A stretch of 64,000 nt of DNA. It comes from Callorhinchus milii. Its lineage: Eukaryota. The notes under the pieces were generated by a model, which saw nothing but the letters and a program-made list of their open reading frames with translations, was not told the DNA's origin and made no database searches. Positions 26,691 through 40,190 of this stretch are shown here, one piece after another. The position numbers and the translations under genes are program-made. Numbering within the stretch: the stretch's first letter is position 1; each line of letters begins with the position of its first letter. The stretch lies in the NCBI RefSeq assembly GCF_018977255.1, contig NW_024704742.1, forward strand, positions 10,542,001-10,606,000. The letters are read 5' to 3'.

Positions 26691-28018
26691 GGCTGATTTG
26701 CAGGGAGACTGAGAGTAAATATATTTTACGATTATAATAAAGATTAATTAATGTGTGTGTAAACTTTTATTATGTGCCTCACATATGAAACCTAATATCA
26801 TTTGCAAACAATAGTTGGATTTCAAAATTCTCGAATTGTCATTGGGAGCAGAATATTATAAAATGCTTAAATTAGGCACTATACGTTTAAAGTTATTTAC
26901 TTCAGGCAGATTTATTATTGGCACTGATAGTTAATCCCATTTCATCTGCTCCCTGTCCCTCCAAGCATTTCATGGAAAAATGTACAAATCTACTTACATA
27001 TTACTCACCTGATAGCCACCCTGCAAGCTGCCATTTGTGTCAAAAATAAAAGTAGTAAATGGGACACAAGAGATGGATTGTGACAGGAGCCTGGCAAATG
27101 ATCTAATGCGTGGACGTGATGTGCGTTTCACATTACCCATATGGAAACTATAGATACAGAATCTTGTTTCTCTCTCTGATCTCTTTCCTTGGTTCTTCTC
27201 TCTCTCTCCCTCTCTCTCTCTCTCGACTCTCTCTCTCTGACTTTCCTTTTCTCTGTCATTCTGCCTTCACTTTGTCATTCCCTATCTCTTAACAAATTCC
27301 TGAATAAATTTACCCACTTCACTCTGTTGGTTGACAGTAGTGCTATGCGGGATTTTTTCCAGAAACCTTGCATGCATACTTGGAACGCAATGGATTTTGA
27401 TGTCATTGCAACTTCATTTCCCTTCTGCATACAGAGAAGTAATAAATAATTATCCTTGCATTTGATATAGTGTCTTTCACATTGGGAGGATGTCTCTATG
27501 AGCTTCACAGGATACACTGTAAAACAGTGGTGGCCAACTTTTTTTAGTCGGGCCAACTAAATTTGTTTTTCTTATTGCATTTTTTCTTCATTGATAGCAC
27601 GCATCAGTAGCAATCCGGAACAAGGTGTTGACTTGGTGTGGACTTGCCTGCCTGGACTGGTGCGGGTGGGCCGGGGGGGTTGTTGGCAGGACACTTGAAG
27701 AGTGTTATATGAATGCAAGCTGTTGTTGTTTTATAATTGTAACTACTGACAACACTCTCAGCTTGCACCTTTTAGCTTGAAAGTCCAGCTGTGGCTTCTG
27801 TATCTAATCCCTCGAGTCAAAGAAAGAGACATGCCACTGTGGCATGCTAAGGAAAGCAGCTGTTACCTGGCAGCTGTAATGAGCTGGCTACGGCTCATAA
27901 TGAGGGGTTCTAATTTGTGTTATTTAAAATTTGCGAAGCCTGCAGGTTCTTGGATGTGTCTCATGCCAACGTCTTTGGAATTTTGTTTGGATGCCCATTG
28001 ATTCCAAATTCCTGCCAG

Positions 28019-28099
28019 GCTCCAGGAGAATCCGGTTTCACGGAAGCAGAAACGGAACAATGTCTTCTCTTTTGAGACCTGGCCAAAGTTTTCAAGCAG
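28019..28099 (+). other. Candidate 81-nt internal exon
   Basis: CCTGCCAG acceptor, perfect CAG|GTAAGT donor, symmetric length, two open frames (LQENPVSRKQKRNNVFSFETWPKFSSR or SRRIRFHGSRNGTMSSLLRPGQSFQA). Confidence 0.35.
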
Positions 28100-28236
28100 G
28101 TAAGTAAGCTACTGTCATATTTCAATTGATGTGAACATCACCTGTGTCAAATGAGGAGGTGGCATCTCTCATTGTGAAAGTATTTTTGAAAGCATCCTCT
28201 CGACATGAAAGGTGCTATAGAAATGTAAAGTTGATT

Positions 28237-28890
28237 GCTCCACCACTACCTCACTCCTCAGGCCTCTGAAACTCTTGTTCATGCCTTCATCACCTCCAGG
28301 CTCGACTATGCAAATGCCCTGCTTGTCAGCCTTCCCAACTCCTCCCTCCACAGGCTGCAGATAATCCAGAACTCTGCAGCCCATGTCCTCTCCCACACCA
28401 AACTCTGTGAGCCCCCATCTCCCCCACTCTCGCCCGACTCCACTGGCTCCCTATCCTTCAGAGGATCCAGTTCAAGATCCTGGTCCTCACCTACAAAGCC
28501 CTCCATGGCCTCGCCCCACCCTATCCCTGTGACCTCCTAACCCCCTATCAACCCGCCCGCTCCCTCCGCTCAGCCGGCTCCGGCCTGCTTCACATCCCCC
28601 GACCCACCAACCCCACCATTGGCGGAAGAGGCTTCAGCCACTCTGCCCCTAACCTCTGGAATTCCATCCCCCAGTCACTCTGCCTCGCCCCCTCCTTAGC
28701 CTCATTCAAGTCCCGTCTCAAGACCCTCCTCTTCGACCATACCATTGGTCACCCCCCTTCTTCTCCCCTCCCTTCTCCCCCCTGACCCCAGCTCGGGTCC
28801 GAAATGCTGTATACACTGTCCAGCGCCTTGGGATATCCTCCCGATGTGAAAGGCGCTATACAAATGTAATCTTGTTGTTTGTTGTTGTTA
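28237..28890 (+). mobile_element. L2 3' fragment
   Basis: LVHAFITSRLDYANALL..IQNSAA, tail and (GTT)n. Confidence 0.9.
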
Positions 28891-29094
28891 TTGTATTTGT
28901 CTGTATGCTGACCATTTGCAAGTCCAGTTATCCACATTGGGCTCCAGAATGTGGAATGAAGTGCAGAAATGACATCAGCAAAAACACTTCTGGTTGCTAG
29001 GACACACACATACCCTAACTAAGTCCATGTTTAGGGTTAACTGTGAATTCAGCAATCTTTACAGGTACAGTGTAGGGTTGGTGAAAGAGAGTAA

Positions 29095-29822
29095 ACAACA
29101 AAATTATATTTATAGAACGCCTTTCACATCGGGAGGACGTCCCAAAACACAGAACAGTCAGGTGTCGGGGCCCAAGCATGGGGGAGGGAGGGAAGGCAGA
29201 GAGGTGGGAGGGAGACCAAAGGCACGGTCGAAGAGAAGGATCTTGAGACCGGCCTTGAAGGAGGCAAGGGAGGAAGTGAGGCGAAGGCACCGTGGGATGG
29301 AGTTCCAGAGTGTGGGGGCAGAGAGACTGAAAGCACGGCCACTGATGGTAGGGCGAGTTGGGTGGGAGACATGGAGGAGGCCGGAGCTCGATGAATGGAG
29401 GGAGTGGGCAGGTTGGTAGGGAATCAGCAGGTCAGAGAGGTAGGGGGATGGGGGATGGGGAGCCAGTGGAGTCGGTCGAGGGTGGGAGTGAAGGGGTCAC
29501 GGAGCCTGGTGCGTGAGAGTACATGAGCTGCAGAGTTTTGGATGATCTGCAGCTTGTGAAGGGAAGAATTGGGAAGGCCGATGAGGAGGGACTTCCCGTA
29601 ATCGAACCTTGATGTGACGAATGCATGGGTGAGGGTTTCAGCAGCCTGAGGGGTGAGGCAGTGGCGGAGTCTGGCAATGGTGAGGAGGTGGTGATAGGCA
29701 GTGCTGATTATGGCACGGATGTGGGGGAGAAAGGACAGTTCAGGGTCAAACAAGATACCCAGGTTCCTGACTGGCTTAGTGAGGTTGAGTGTGCAGCCGT
29801 GGAGGCTGATGCTGCCAGTGCC
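29095..29822 (-). mobile_element. L2 3' fragment
   Basis: [17 protein letters not shown]. Confidence 0.88.
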
Positions 29823-30170
29823 TGGAGCTCAGTGGTTGGAGCACTCACCTCGCAAGTGAGAGGACCTGAGTTCGATTCCCGGAAGAGCAAAACATTGGGC
29901 AAATTTCTTTAATCCACATTCCTCTGTTTACCTAGCAGTAAGGAGGAACCCAATTGTTAGTCAATTGACGGATCGCTTTCCGGGGTAATAATCCCTTTAA
30001 AAATCATAATATTGTGGTCACTCAATCCATGACTATATGTGGGACATTGCTGTGTGCAATTGGCTGCCAAGGTTTGCCTACAAAATATACTGTTAATTCA
30101 CTTTACAGTACATTCTGTGATGCGCTTAGAGATGTCTCAAAAACTATATCAAATGCAAGGATTAGTGCTA
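29823..30170 (+). mobile_element. SINE family A (long)
   Basis: B box GTTCGATTCC, core, tail. Confidence 0.85.
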
Positions 30171-30242
30171 TTATAAAGAATGATGGAAAAGTCGGATACA
30201 GATAGAGATAAAAAAGTCAGAGACAGAGGGAACAGTCAGATA

Positions 30243-30820
30243 TAACAACAACAACAACAGCAACAATAACTTGCACTTATATAGCTCCCTCCATGCAGGG
30301 TGGCGTCTCAGAGCATTTAGCAGTGACGGAGCCTGATTCCGAGCCGGGTGGTGGGGGATAGTGACCATAAGCACGGTCGAAAAGAAAGGTTTTCAGGCGG
30401 GACTTGAAAAAGAGTGTTCCAGAGTTTCCAGGCATAGAGGCTTAAAGCATGACCTCCAATGAAGGAACAAAGCGTGCAAGGGACAAACGGGAGGCCGGCG
30501 TGCCGGATAGTGGATTAGGGAGTGAGGAGGTTGGAGAGGTAGGGAGATGCCAGGGAGTTTGAGGAGTTTAGATCCGCAGGAGTGAAAACATTGATTTCAA
30601 ATCCGCAAGGCTTCTGTCTTGCCCATAATTCAGTTGCAGGAAGTTTACACTCATCCAGGTGCCGATGTCTTCCAGACAAGCTGATAGTACAGCGGGGGAC
30701 CTGGAGTTGATAGTGGAGGAGGCATACATGTGGAAGGTTACCCCTTGTCTGCAGATGACATTGCCAAGAGGGAGCATGGAGATGAGGGAAAGAAGAGGGC
30801 CAAGGATGGAACCCTGGAGA
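30243..30820 (-). mobile_element. Degenerate L2 fragments
   Basis: QGSILGPLL..MLPLG..NFLQLN; (CAA)n tail. Confidence 0.75.
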
Positions 30821-31142
30821 TACAAAGAGAGATAAGGAAGTCAGAGACAACAAAAGAAAAATGTTGGAGAGGATAATAATAATCCTTGCATTTGATATAG
30901 CGCCTTATCACATCTTCGAGACGTCTCAAAGTGCTTCACAGAATATACTGTAAAGTGAATCAGAGAAAGATAAAGAGTGAGGAGGGATGGCAGAGCCTAG
31001 TGCTATGGTAACAGTATAATTCCAAATGACATAGTTTTCTTTGTGCTGTAGCCAGTTTGTATGTTGAGTGATGAGATGACCCATTATCCTTCATGTTTTC
31101 ATGTCCACGATTGGGCCAATCCCAATTAGTTCAGTAATTAGT

Positions 31143-31540
31143 TGTCAGCCTTGCTCAGTTGGTAGTATTCTCACCTCTGAGTCAGAAGGTTGTGGGTTCA
31201 AGCCCAAGCTTGAATAGTCCAAACTGAAACTCCAATGCAGTGCTGCGTTGTCAGAGGTGGCGCCCTTCGGATAAGACATTAAACCGAGGCCCCCTCTGCC
31301 TGTTTAGGTGGCAGTTTTTGAAAATGGCATTTTTCTTGGTGTCCTGGCCAACAATCCCCCAAATAAATTTGGTCATTCACTCCATGGCTGTATGTGGGAC
31401 ATTGTTATGCTCAAGTCAGCTGCCACATTTGTCCACAGAAAAATACAGTCATTTCACTTTACAGTACATCCTGTGAAGTGCTTTGAAACATCTTATGATT
31501 TGATCAGGCGCCATATCAAAGCAAGGAGTGTTGTTATAAA
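31143..31540 (+). mobile_element. SINE family B
   Basis: GTCAGCCTTGCTCAGTTGGTAG head, GGTTCAAGCCC, Deu-like domain. Confidence 0.85.
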
Positions 31541-32063
31541 TTTCAAATGTCCTGTCCAAACAATACAGTCATTGAACAAGAACCAGTGCCCAAATACTGC
31601 TGAGACCTATGCACATCGTAATGGAGTGAGGCACATTCTTTGTAAGGCGTGCTTTCAGACAAAATGATAAATTGCACATGCTCCAAGCTTAGCCAAACAA
31701 GTTCAGAGACAATCAAGTAATTTATAGCAATAAGACAATTGAAAAATTAATTTAATGGAAGACTTAACACAGCAATTTATTTTTGTCAAGGGAGCAAATT
31801 GCTCCTAACTTATCAATTCCAGGCACAAAACAGTCAAAGCTATTGCTTTCGTTGAAGAAACTTCCTGGTGGCCATTTCTTTAAGCATGGTTGAACTTATT
31901 TTAAATCAAAGTTTTGCCACACAAAATGTTACCCCCTAGATTTACACCCATGATAATATACAATTATCACATAGTGTTGAGTCTCTGTACTGAACTTTCT
32001 GAGATTTCCTTGCCTGCAATCTTTAAATAATTTAACAGAAGACGTTTCATTTTTCTGCTATAG

Positions 32064-32416
32064 TGGAGTCCTGTAGCTCAGTAGTTAGAGCAGTCACCTC
32101 ACCTCACCTGAGTTCAATTCCCAGGCAGGGCGAAAGGTTGGAAAAGTTTCATTACTCCACACGCCTGTTTACCAAGCAGTAAGGAAGAACCGGTTGTTAG
32201 TTGATTGGCAGATTACTTTTCTGGGGGTAATATTTCTTCAAAAAAATAATAATAATAAATTGGTCACTTCATTCCATGACTGTTTGTGGGACACTGCTGT
32301 GCGCAATTGGCTGCCGCGTTCGCCCACAAATATACAGTCAATTCACTTTACAGTCTATTCTGTGAAGCGCTTTGGGACGTCCTCCCGACGTGAAAAGCGC
32401 TATATCAAATGCAAGG

Positions 32417-32447
<31 letters not shown>

Positions 32448-32520
32448 TGTGAAGTGCTTTGAGAAGTGTCAAAGATGTGATAAAGTGCTATATCAAATGC
32501 AAGGATTATTATTGTTATTA
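32064..32520 (+). mobile_element. SINE family A with doubled 3' tail
   Basis: Old long-type head, young tail to ~32445, second older tail 32446-32520. Confidence 0.85.
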
Positions 32521-32779
32521 TAGTCTTGCAGTCCCCAAAGGCAGATGTATTAACTTACCTAGACAGAAATTGGGACTAATGGCTTTAATAAAGATAGAAG
32601 CCCCCAAAATACAATGGCTTGTACACAGGAATCAGAGCAGGTTTATATTTTGTAATGTTGATTCGAAGGAATAGCTGTAAAACGGTGATGTAGCAGCTGT
32701 AATTTCTGTCCCAAAGTAATTCAGTAACTCATGAGCTGGGCAAGTAGACAGGTACAGCCAAACGTTTTCTGTGGAATCT

Positions 32780-32960
32780 GTTAAAAATGGCCTCCTCTGC
32801 TACACACATCACTTCCGCTACAAACAGGCTACACTCCCCCCCACACCCCTGCTAACGCAGTGTGCTGGGCTCCGCTACACACCTGTACACACAGTGTGCT
32901 ACACCCCGGGCCTGTCGCGCTGTTTGCTCGACGCTGCTACTGTGTGTGGAGTGGCCTCTG
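32780..32960. promoter_or_regulatory. Possible promoter/enhancer patch
   Basis: AAAATGGC (YY1-like) and CACTTCCGC (ETS-like) motifs; locally retained CpGs in unique DNA. Confidence 0.25.
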
Positions 32961-33574
32961 ACACTCTCTTCAGCTTGGCAACCAATATCCTCTTTCTGTC
33001 GGAATAATGGGAGGTTTTCTTGACTTCTACCTCCCCTTTCCTACTTGTCCAGGTGATAACTGGAGCTTCAGTGACAAACATTTTGAGATTAAAAAATCTG
33101 TAAAAATACGTGATATAAATACATATGGTGTATTGTCTTTATGGGGATTTCCTATTAAAGATGCGCATCATGTAATCCCGAAGGAAATTCATTGCTAGAT
33201 TTAGAACTAGCATATTTCAAGCAATGGTACAAGTCCCAGATGGAGCAAATCTATGATTCCCCACTGATTTTGAACTTTGTCTACAAAAGCGTAACATCTC
33301 CAGACTGTGTGCAGACCACTGCAGTGCCCTCCCTCATTGTGTCCAGAGGAGTTGGTACTGGGTAATAGAAGGAGATCCAAAATTGGCTGCTTTTGATCTC
33401 ACCATGGATTGGAGGCAGAGCCGATTGAAGAATTCTTAACATTTTTGAAACTGGGGTTCAAATATCATAATTGTCTTCATTTCTATGCTTCTTTACATAG
33501 TTCTGTGGAACAAAAGGTCTTGTCGATGTGTGAAGCATCTGTTTCTGTACGCCAACCTTTTACAATTAGACTGT

Positions 33575-34025
33575 GTAAGCCTGGCTCAGTACTCTCACCT
33601 GAGTCAGAAAGTTATTTATGGGTTCAAGCCCCATGTTGAGATTTGAACTCGCACAGTCTAAGCTGCCACTTAGCTGCTCCGTTGCAATCCTGGGAATGTG
33701 TTGCATTGTTGGAGGTGCTGTCCTTCAGATGAGATATTAAACCGAGATCCTGTCTGTTTGTTCAGGTAGACCTTAAACATCAAATGGCACTCTTTGAAAA
33801 GAGAAGGAAGTTTCTTCCAGTGTCCTGCCCACCAATTCCCCAAATAAAATTAGTCATTTGTTTCACGGCTGTTTGTGGGATATTGACAGTGCAATTCAGC
33901 TGCCATGTTTGCTATAAAATGCACAGTCATTCCATTTCACAATAAATCATGTGAAGTGTTTTGGGACGTCCTCTTGACATGAACAATGCTATATCAAATA
34001 CAAGGATTATGATTATTTATTATTA
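33575..34025 (+). mobile_element. SINE family B
   Basis: Head, GATGAGATATTAAACCGAG Deu-like domain, tail. Confidence 0.82.
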
Positions 34026-34229
34026 TAAATTCTCCTGTTTCTATTGGCTATCAAGACATAATTCCAGCCCTTTTTAAGGTTGGGCCACTAGCCATTTGTT
34101 TTTAGCCCATTCCTATTGAAGGGAGGAGTAGCCACTCTTCTGTCTCCCTTCAATTACCCTACAAAATGAACAGGCTAAACTACAACTGAACTATAACTGA
34201 AAAAACAATGTCCACATGTAAACCAACCC

Positions 34230-34266
34230 AGTTCTGACGAAGGGTCGTGGACCCGAAATGTTGATT
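34230..34266 (+). ncRNA. Minimal hammerhead ribozyme motif (degenerate) in a Penelope-type terminal repeat
   Basis: AGTT CTGACGA A GGGTC-GTG-GACCC GAAA TGTT GA; the repeat resumes at 34777-34835 after an L2 insertion. Confidence 0.6.
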
Positions 34267-34777
34267 CCCGCACCAGGCTTCGGGAACACCTCACTCCCAC
34301 CCTCGCTCGCCTCCACTGGCTCCCCATCCCCCAGAGGATCGAATTCAAGATCCTCACCCTCACCTACAAGGCCATTCACGGCCTTGCTCCCTCCTACCTC
34401 TCCGACCTACTATCCCCCTACCTACCTGCCCGTACCCTCCATTCCTCTGGCTCCGGTCTGCTCCACATTCCCCGCCCCAACCGCCCTACCATCGGTGGCC
34501 GGGACTTCAGCCTCTCAGCCCCTAGGCTCTGGAACTCTATCCCCCAGTGCCTTCGCCGCCTCCTCCCTTTCCTCCTTCAAGGTCGGTCTCAAGACCTTTC
34601 TCTTTGACCGAGCCTTCGGCTCCCCTCTCGACTCTCTACCCCCTCCTCGATCCCTCCCTTCCCTCCCCTCACCCTGACCATTTCCCCCCTGCTCGGGTCC
34701 TGACCCAACTGTACAGCGCCTTGGGACGTCCTCCCGACGTGAAAGGCGCTCAATAAATGGAATCTTGTTGTTGTTGT
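34266..34777 (+). mobile_element. Young 5'-truncated L2 inserted into the Penelope-type repeat
   Basis: High identity to 10902-11377, complete tail. Confidence 0.92.
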
Positions 34778-35835
34778 TTCCTTTCTCCATAGATGCTGCC
34801 TGACCTGCTGAGTGTTCCCAGCCCTCTCTGTTTTTGTAAACCAGCCCTCGTCTGTCAGCCTCCAGTTTGGAATCTCAGCCTGTGTCAAAGGGATCATCCT
34901 TTGGATGAAATTTTAAACCAAGCTTCCACCTGCCAGTCCAGGAGTACGTTAAGATTCCACACCACTATTCGAAAAGAAAAGGGAGTGTATTGGGCAACAA
35001 TAGCCCAAATAAAGTTGGTAATTTGCTTCATGGCTGTTTGTGGGACATTGCTGCGTGCAAATTGACTGCCACATTCACCTACAAAATACTCAGTCACTCC
35101 ATTTCAAGGTAAATCTTGTGAAGTGCTTTGATATGTCTTGATGATCCTTAAGCGCTATATCAAATGCAAATATTATTGTTAAAGAATGATGTACTGAAAT
35201 GTGACAGTGCTGACACCTTCACTGATGGTGACTACCAAATTGCAAAAACAACTTGCGTTTATATAGCACGCTTCACACAGGATAGCGACCATGTCAAACT
35301 TACTGAGTGAAGAGTTGTAATAGAGATTTATGAACTGAATGGAGGTGTGAACAGAAGGCTCTCACAAACCATTGTCAGAATGAATGGAGGTGTGATGTTC
35401 AGTCTCCTGTGAGATATTTTAGTAACCAAGCTTCTCTTCAAATAAAATAGAAGTATTTAAACGTAAGACAAATGTGTCAAGCAATAATAGAAATCTTTAC
35501 ATTTGTTATAGCAATAATGTCAAAATGCTTGAAAGCATTTCATTAATTTTCTGTAAAGTAGAGTGACTGTGAATTTCTAAGCCAATACAAAAGCCAATTT
35601 GCACATAGCAGCGTCTTTCAAACAACCACAAAGTGACTGACCAATTTTATTTGGCAGATTGTTGGCCAATTCACCTGGAGAAACTCCCTTCTTGTTTTGA
35701 ATAGCACCATGAGATCTTTAGCATCCACCTGAACAGCAAACTTCATAGCAGCCCTTATTTCAGTGTTTATGACGTGGTCACTAATAGTGAAGCTAATGGT
35801 ATTTTCATGTTTCAGCACATTATGCTTTAATATAG

Positions 35836-36220
35836 TAGAGTCCTGTAGCTTAGTTGTTGAAGTACTCGCCTCGCAAATGAAAGGACCTGGGTTCAATTCT
35901 TGGGAGGGAGAAGTGTAGGGCAAGTTTCCTTACTCCACATACTGTTTACCTGTTTACATATATATTTATATGGTTATATAGGAACCCAGTTATTAGTCGA
36001 TTGGCAGATTGTTTGTCTGGCGGTAATAATCCCTTCAAAACAAATAAAATAATAAATTGGTCACTCAATCCACAACTGTTTGGGGGTCACAGCTGTGTTG
36101 CCGCATTTTGCCCACAAAATATACAGTCATTTCACTTTACAGTATATTCTGTGAAGCACTTTGAGACATTTTTGAGGCGTTATGTCAAATGCAAGGATTA
36201 TTATCATTATATTATATTAA
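35836..36220 (+). mobile_element. SINE family A (long)
   Basis: Head, core, tail. Confidence 0.82.
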
Positions 36221-36296
36221 TATTACAGTTCCTGACACACAAGCTGTGATGCCAAAGGACCAAGCATTTCATCATGCCCAAGCTTGACTAGGCCAA

Positions 36297-37025
36297 CACA
36301 ACAACAACAACAAGATTCCATTTATAAAGCGCCTTTCACGTCAGGAGGACGTCCCAAGGCGCTGCACAGTTGGGTCATGACCCGAGCAGGGGGGAAATGG
36401 TCAGGGTGAGGGGAGGGAAGGGAGAGAGCGAGGAGGGGGAAATGGTCAGGGTGAGGGGAGGGAAGGGAGGGAGCGAGGAGGGGGAAGAGAGTCGAGAGGG
36501 GAGCTGAAGGCTCGGTCAAAGAGAAAGGTTTTGAGACCGGCCTTGAAGGAGGAAAGGGAGGAAGCAGCGAAGGCACTGGGGGATAGAGTTCCAGAGCCTC
36601 GGGGCTGAGAGGCTGAAGGCCCGACCACCGATGGTAGGGCGATTGGGGCGGGGGACGTGGAGCAGACCGGAGCCAGAGGAACGGAGGGTACGGGCAGGTA
36701 GGTAGGGGGATAGTAGGTTGGAGAGGTAGGAGGGAGCAAGGCCGTGAATGGCCTTGTAGGTGAGGATGGGATCTTGAAATCGATCCTCTGGGGGATGGGG
36801 AGCCAGTGGAGGCGAGCGAGGGTGGGAGTGATGTGGTCCCGAAGCCTGGTGCGGGACAGTACACGAGCTGCAGAGTTCTGAATGACCTGCAGCTTGTGGA
36901 GGGAGGTGGCAGGAAGGCCGGCGAGGAGAGAGTTCCCATAGTCCAGCCTTGAGGTGACAAAGGCGTGAACCAGGTTTCAGCAGCGTGAGGGGTGAGGTAG
37001 TGCCATAGTCTGGCGATGTTCCGGA
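36297..37025 (-). mobile_element. Young 5'-truncated L2
   Basis: Near-identical to 10733-11377 including the 3' UTR duplication; (CAA)n tail. Confidence 0.93.
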
Positions 37026-37074
37026 GAACACTGCTTGCTCTTCCGTTTACAAGCTACAGACTATCCCGGACAGA

Positions 37075-37555
37075 CCGCTCGTGTCCTCCCTCTACCAGGC
37101 TCCGCAAGCCAATCACCTCCATCCTTATTTGGTTCTACCAGCTTCCCATTCCCCAGCGGATTGAGTTCGAGATCCTTGTTCTCGCTTTCAAATCCCTCCA
37201 TCACCTTGCCCTACTCTACCTCTGCGGCCTCCTTCTACCACACCATTCGCTCTGAGAACACCTACCTGATTCATGTCCCCACCATTTTTGCCCCATCATT
37301 GGCAGGCAAGCTTTCAGCCCCTTGACCCTGCTCTCTGTAACTCCATCCCTGACTCCCTCTGATTCCCCACTCCTCTTGTTCAAGGCCCATCTCAAAACAT
37401 ACCTCTTTGATTGCACTGCACTATTGGTCATCTTTCCTCTCCCCACCCCCTTCAGCTCCCACCCTCAGATTGGGTGCCCATCCGGCATTGTCAAGCCCTG
37501 TGTAACTTCCTCCGATGTGGAAGGCGCTATATAAATGTAAATTGTATTGTTTTGA
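37075..37555 (+). mobile_element. Old L2 3' fragment
   Basis: LPIPQRIEFEILVLAFKSLHHLA, KTYLFD. Confidence 0.78.
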
Positions 37556-38078
37556 ATGGAACCATTTTCATCTGGGCCAGTCTGTATCTCCTCTCAGAAA
37601 TCCAGGGATTTGAGCAAATGATTGCTGTCTCTGAACTTGCTGTTGATGTATGTTGTCATACAGTACAGTATATACAGTGATGTTCTGCAGTATCGAACAT
37701 TCGTCATTTTGTGAGATTTGTTGATAAAATACTGTGTGTCTTAATTCCCGGGTATTTTCTGATCCTTTTGATCTGTGTTACCATGCATTGGTGATCTGTC
37801 TATAATGACCAGAAATCCAACGGTAATGAAAAAAAGAGCTTGCAATTTTATATCGCATCAAAGCACCTCACGGTTATCACTGTGATTACTGTTTGAAGAA
37901 CAATCACGTCAGCAAGGTAACACGTAGCATATGACCCTGAAACTTGGAATCTCACTCCTCGTGTTCCCAAACTTATATTAAAAAATTTGCATTGAATTCT
38001 GAGCTCATTCCTTCTGAGTAAAACATTCAAGACACTCACAGCCTAAGCTGGAAGCTTTTCTGTTACCAGTTTCTAACG

Positions 38079-38445
38079 TGGAGTCCTGGAGTTCAGTGGT
38101 TGGAGCACTTGCCCCGCAAGCGAGAAACTTGGGTTCAATTCCCAGGCAGAGCAAAACGTCGGTAAGTTTTCTTATTCCGCACGCCTCTATTTACATAGCA
38201 GTATGTAGGAACCTGTTTGCTAGTCGATTAGCTGATCGTTTTTCTGGGGGTAATAATTCTTTAAAAAAATAATAATTTAGTCACTTAATCCACGACTGTT
38301 TGTGGGACATTGTTGTGTGCAATTGGCTGCTGCATTTCGCCCACAAAACATACAGTCAACCGACTACAGTATACTCTGTGAAGCACTTTGAGATGTCTTG
38401 AAGATGTGATGGTGCTCTATAATCAAATGCAAGGATTATTATTTT
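38079..38445 (+). mobile_element. SINE family A (long)
   Basis: Head, core, tail. Confidence 0.87.
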
Positions 38446-38714
38446 ATCTCAATATAAGATTTGTTTGCGCAGTTGCACTTTCTGGTACATGGTTTAGAGT
38501 TGAGGACCATGTAAGTAAGTGGAGATGTAAGTTTCCATATTAAGTGTTGCGCATACGTTTCTGTTTACCTAGGAGTAAGTAGGAACCTGGGTGTTAGTCC
38601 CTCCGCAAAAACTAACCCCACGACTGTTTGTGGGGCACTGCTGGCGGAATGGGCTGCCATGTTTCACCTACAAAATACACTTTACAGTCAATCCATTTTA
38701 CAGTATATCCTCAC

Positions 38715-39095
38715 ATTTGTGTTCAAATCCCTTCACTATCCGGCACCTCCCTACCTCTCCGACCTCCTCACTCCCCAATCCACCACCTGGCACCTCTCCT
38801 CGACTGGTACTGGCCTCCTGCTCGTCCCTCGTAACCTCTGCCCCACCATTGGAGGTCACGCTTTCAGCCATTACGCCCTGAAACTCTGGAACACTTCCCC
38901 TCAATCCCGCCACCTTGCCCCATCTCTCCCATTTTTCAGGTCCCACCTGAAAAGCTTCCTCTTCGATCTGCTAACGGCCACCTCCCACCCCCCCCCAGCC
39001 CCTCCCCGACTCGGAGCCAGGCTCCGCCACTGTGAAGCGCTCTGAGATGCTACCCTGCATGGAGGGTGCTATGTAAGTGCAAGTTGTTGTTGCTA
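38715..39095 (+). mobile_element. Old L2 3' end
   Basis: FKSLHYPAPPYLSDLL..PTIGGHAFSHYALKLWN. Confidence 0.8.
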
Positions 39096-39825
39096 CTAGA
39101 TTCTGTGAAGTGTTTTGAGATGTCGCCATGACGTGATAAGGCACTATATCAATGCAAATTATTATTATTGCTAGGATCAATATCGAGGGTTTGTATGCTG
39201 CACATTATTTCCAGAGGTAACTCTTTCTTTGAGATCTGGTTTGTAGGAATTGTGATCGGATATTTCCTATCTCTCTGAACTCAGAGTCTTAATGGAGTTG
39301 CAGATGGTCGGCTGTGACACACCTGGGATTTGCAATTTTTCTGATGCTTTTGTGAATCTTGTAAATTGGACTCTGTGATGCGCTTTGTGATGCCACTCAC
39401 AACAACAACAAATATTTATTAAGTGCCCTTCATGTTGGGTAGTCTCACCCGCACATCAAGCTTATTCAAAGTCAACCTATATCCCGCCAACTATTTATAT
39501 CAGCCAGTTAGAATTATTCTATCTTTGCTGCAGCATCCATTTCTTGAAGATTACTATTATTACATTGAAGGCAATGCTGATCTGGACTGCTATTTTTTAA
39601 CCACTTGACAATATACACGCCAGGGAGGCCGCCTCCACACTGAACTCAGCAATCTACGTCTGCCTGCATGGCAATACGTACAGTAGCTCTGTCTCGCAGG
39701 CAATGTAGCAGCCTCCTAACCAGGTGTGTTTCCACATAATAAAAACACAATGATACTTTGTTACTTACAACAGAGCTGAAAGTCCCCTCCTATGGCTTTT
39801 TGTGTAAAGGTTTAGCTCAGTTCGC

Positions 39826-40190
39826 AACAACCACAACTTGCATTTATATAGCATTCTTCATGCAGGGCAGTGTCTCGGAGCGCTTAACAGTGGCTGAGTC
39901 TGACCCTGAGCCGTGGGGAGGGAGGAGGTGACCGTAAGCATGGTTGAAGAGGAAGGCCTTCAGTTATGATATAAAAGATGGGAAGGAGGGCAAGACGGAG
40001 GGATTGGCAGAGAGAGTCCCAAAGCTTCAGGGAGTAGTGCCTGAAAGAGCGGCCACCGATGGTGCAACGGAGGGGTGAGGGACAAGCAGGAGGCCAGAAC
40101 CAACCGAGTGGACACAGCGGGTAGAGGGGATGGGAAGAAAGCAGATCAGAGAAGTAAGGGAAATGCCAATGCATGAAAGGATTCGTAGAT
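39826..40190 (-). mobile_element. Old L2 3' end
   Basis: TIGGRSFRHYSLKLWDSL and tail. Confidence 0.75.

Noticed and set aside
27525..27700. hAT/Charlie-like TIR CAGTGGTGGCCAAC; also Harbinger-like ends near 23455 and 44010
   Set aside because: Partner TIRs and TSDs not found
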